Positions 61,288 to 64,000 of a stretch of DNA of 64,000 nt are shown here, piece after piece. The notes beneath the pieces were generated by a model, which did not search any database, was not told the DNA's origin, and worked only from the letters and a program-made list of their open reading frames with translations. The stretch covers positions 6,636,001-6,700,000 of the forward strand of contig CM059433.1 in assembly GCA_030390025.1 (NCBI GenBank), read 5' to 3'. A program made the translations under genes and the position numbers. Position 1 is the stretch's first letter, and every line of letters begins with the position of its first letter. Source of the stretch: Squalus acanthias (Eukaryota).

Positions 61288-63325
61288 TAGTGAGAAAGGA
61301 TCTTGGCTCGGAAGATCAGGAAGTAGAATCAGTATGGGTGGAGATAAGAAAGAACAAGGGGCAGAAAACACTGGTGGGAGTAGTATATAGGCCCCCTAAC
61401 AGTAGCTATACCATTGGACAGAGTATTAATCAACAAATAATAGGAGCTTGTAGCAAATGTAATGCAATAATTGTGGGGGACTTTAATCTTCATATAGACT
61501 GGGCAAATTAAATTGGCAAAGGTAGTCTGGTGGACGAGTTCATGGAAAGCATTCGAGACAGATTCCGAGAACAATACATCGTGGAACCCACCAGAGAACA
61601 GGCTATTTTAGATCTTGTATTGTGTAATGAGACAGGGTTAATTAGTAATCTCATAGTAAAGGATCCTTGGGGAAGGGTGATCATAATATGATAGAATTTC
61701 ATGTTGGGTTTGAGAGTGAAATACTTAAGTCCAAAACTAGAGTCTTAAACTTAAATAAAGCCAATTACATAGGTATGAGGGGTGAGTTGGCTGAGGCAGA
61801 TTGGGAAATTAGATTAAAAGGTATGACAGTAGATTAGTGGCAAACATTAAAAAAAAATTCAAAAATTCTCAACGAATATACATTCCATTGAGAAATAAAA
61901 ACTCCATGGGAAAAGTGATCCATCCGTGGCTAACTAAAGAAGTTAAGGATAGTATTAGATTAAAAGAAGAGGCTTATAATGTTGCAATGAATAGTAGTAA
62001 GCCTGAGGATTGGGAGAGCTTTAGAAACCAGCAAAGAATGACCAAAAAATTGATAAGGGAGAAAATAGAATGAGAGTAAACTAGCAAGAAATATAAAAAC
62101 AGATTGCAAGAGCTTCTACAAGTATGTAAAAAAGAAGAGAGTAGCAAAAGTAAGTGTTGTTCCCTTAGAGGCTGAGACAGGAGAAATTATAATGGTGAAT
62201 AAGGAAATGCAAGAGACTTTAAACAAATATTTTGTATCTGTCTTCACAGTAGAAGACACAAAAAGTATACCAAAAATAGTGTGGAACCAAGGGGCTAATG
62301 AGAGTGAGGAACTTAAAGTAATTAATATCAATAGAGGAAAAAGTACTTGAGAAACTAATGGGACTAAAAGCTGACAAATCCCCTGGACCTGATGGCCTAC
62401 ATCCTAGGGTTCTAAAAGAGGTGGCTGCAGAGATAGTGGATGCATTGGTTGTGATCTTCCAAAATTCCCTAGATTCTAGAACGGTTCCAGCGGATTAGAA
62501 TGTAGCAAATGTAACTCCGCTATTTAAGAAAATAGGGAGAAAGAAAACGGGAAACTACAGGCCAGTTAGCCTGACATCAGCTGTCGGGAAACTGCTGGAA
62601 TCCATTATTAAGGAAGTGGTAACAGAGCATTTAGAAAATCATAATATGATTGGGCAGAGTCAACATGGTTTTATGAAAGGGAAATCATGTTTAACAAATT
62701 TATTACTGGAGTTTTTTGAGGATGTAACTAGCAGGGTAGATAAAGGGCAACCAGTGGCTGTAGTATATTTGGATTTCCAAAAGGCATTTGATAAGGTACC
62801 ACATAAAAGGTTGTTATGCAAGATAAGGGCTCATGGGGTTGGGGGTAATATAGTAGCATGGATAGAGGATTGGTTAACGGACAGAAAACAGAGAGTAGGG
62901 ATAAATGGGTAATTTTCAGGCTGGCAGGCTGTAATTAGTAGGGTGCTGCAAGGCTCAGTGCTTGGGCCTCAGCTATTTACAATTTATATTAATGATTTAG
63001 ATGAAGGGACCGAGTGTAATGTATCCAAGTTTGCTGATGATACAAAACTAGGTGGGACAGTAAGGAGAACACAAGGAGCCTGCAAAGGGATATGGACAGG
63101 TTAAGTGAGTGGGCAATAAGGTGGCAGATGGAGTACAATGTGGGGAAATGTGAGGATTTTCACTTTGGTAGGAAGAATAGAAAAACAGAATATTTTTTAA
63201 ATGGTGAGAAACTATTAAATGTTGGTGTTCAGAGAGATTTAGGTGTTCTCGAGCACAGAGTTAGCATGCTGGTACAACAAACAATTAGGAAGGCAAATGG
63301 CATGTTGGCCTTTATTGCACGGGAG
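61288..63325 (+). mobile_element. CR1 LINE ORF2 fragment (endonuclease to RT), disrupted
   Basis: GVVYRPP, IVGDFN, QHGFMKGKSCLTNL, DFQKAFDKVPH, KFADDTK with stops. Confidence 0.93.
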
Positions 63326-63334
63326 TTATTTTAA

Positions 63335-63670
63335 GGTTCCATTTTACCGTTGGTATTTTGTCCTCTTCCTCCTCTGTGAAAATGGATATAGAGTACTCAT
63401 TTACCATGTCGACCATTTTCTTATCCATTATAGCCTTGCCCGCTTCTGTCTTTAATAGGCTCATATTCCCCTTTACCACTCTCTTTCTCTTAATAAGTAT
63501 ATTATATATATTTGCTGTTAGCTTTGATATCCCTTGCAAGTTTTTCATATTCCCTTCTTGCATTTCTTATTGCTTTCTTTGCATCCCTTTGTCGCTTTTT
63601 ATAATTCTCCCAGTCTGCTGGATTTCTGCTTTTCCTTGAATTTGTGTAAGACTTTTCTCTTAGCTTCATC
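63335..63670 (-). mobile_element. Older CR1 fragment, opposite strand
   Basis: KRKRVVKGNMSLLKTEAG..VNEYSISIFTEE linker-region similarity. Confidence 0.65.
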
Positions 63671-64000
63671 AAATGACCTGCCTGCTGTCCGCTTGCAGTA
63701 GCAAAACTTCACCACCTTCGGTGCAGGGGTTAACTGTCAGTAAATCAATAATTCAATCTTGGCATTCAGATGGCAAATACAATCTATTCTTTTACAAAGA
63801 TCCTCCTTGCCATGGTAGCAAATGTTTATTCTGGTCTTCAGACATTCAGATATGCCAAGATCTTTGGCATGTGGTGAGATTGAAGGAGAATTTTCTTATC
63901 CGAGTATGAAAACTGAGGTGTTCACATGGTAATATTGGTCTCAAATATGACAGGATTTCACCATCTTGAGATTGCTACTGGCTTTAGAAAAGCAACACAA

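Overview
Eukaryotic, repeat-dense vertebrate DNA. The CR1/L2/Penelope LINEs, V-SINE and Deu-type SINEs and Harbinger MITEs point to a cartilaginous fish (inference). There are no prokaryotic features. The only long intact ORF (3260..7216, -) belongs to a very young 4.4 kb Gypsy LTR retrotransposon (3048..7488) with identical 194-bp LTRs and a CTGTC target-site duplication (TSD). It lacks a tRNA primer-binding site (PBS). Instead it has an 11-nt sequence complementary to its own LTR, suggesting Tf1-like self-priming, and its RT motif is YLDN. The rest is mostly nested TE debris: a solo LTR hosting a MITE and a deleted tRNA-Ser-primed Gypsy, about 10 PIF/Harbinger-type TIR elements, decayed Harbinger transposase and Myb remnants, and a bipartite RTE mini-element. 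Host-gene signal is sparse. Three phase-compatible exons of an unidentified + strand gene lie at 39751..45635. A CpG-island first exon plus a 53-bp second exon resemble cystin-1 (51001..60475), with an apparent 1-nt frameshift. All calls are by eye, without database searches.
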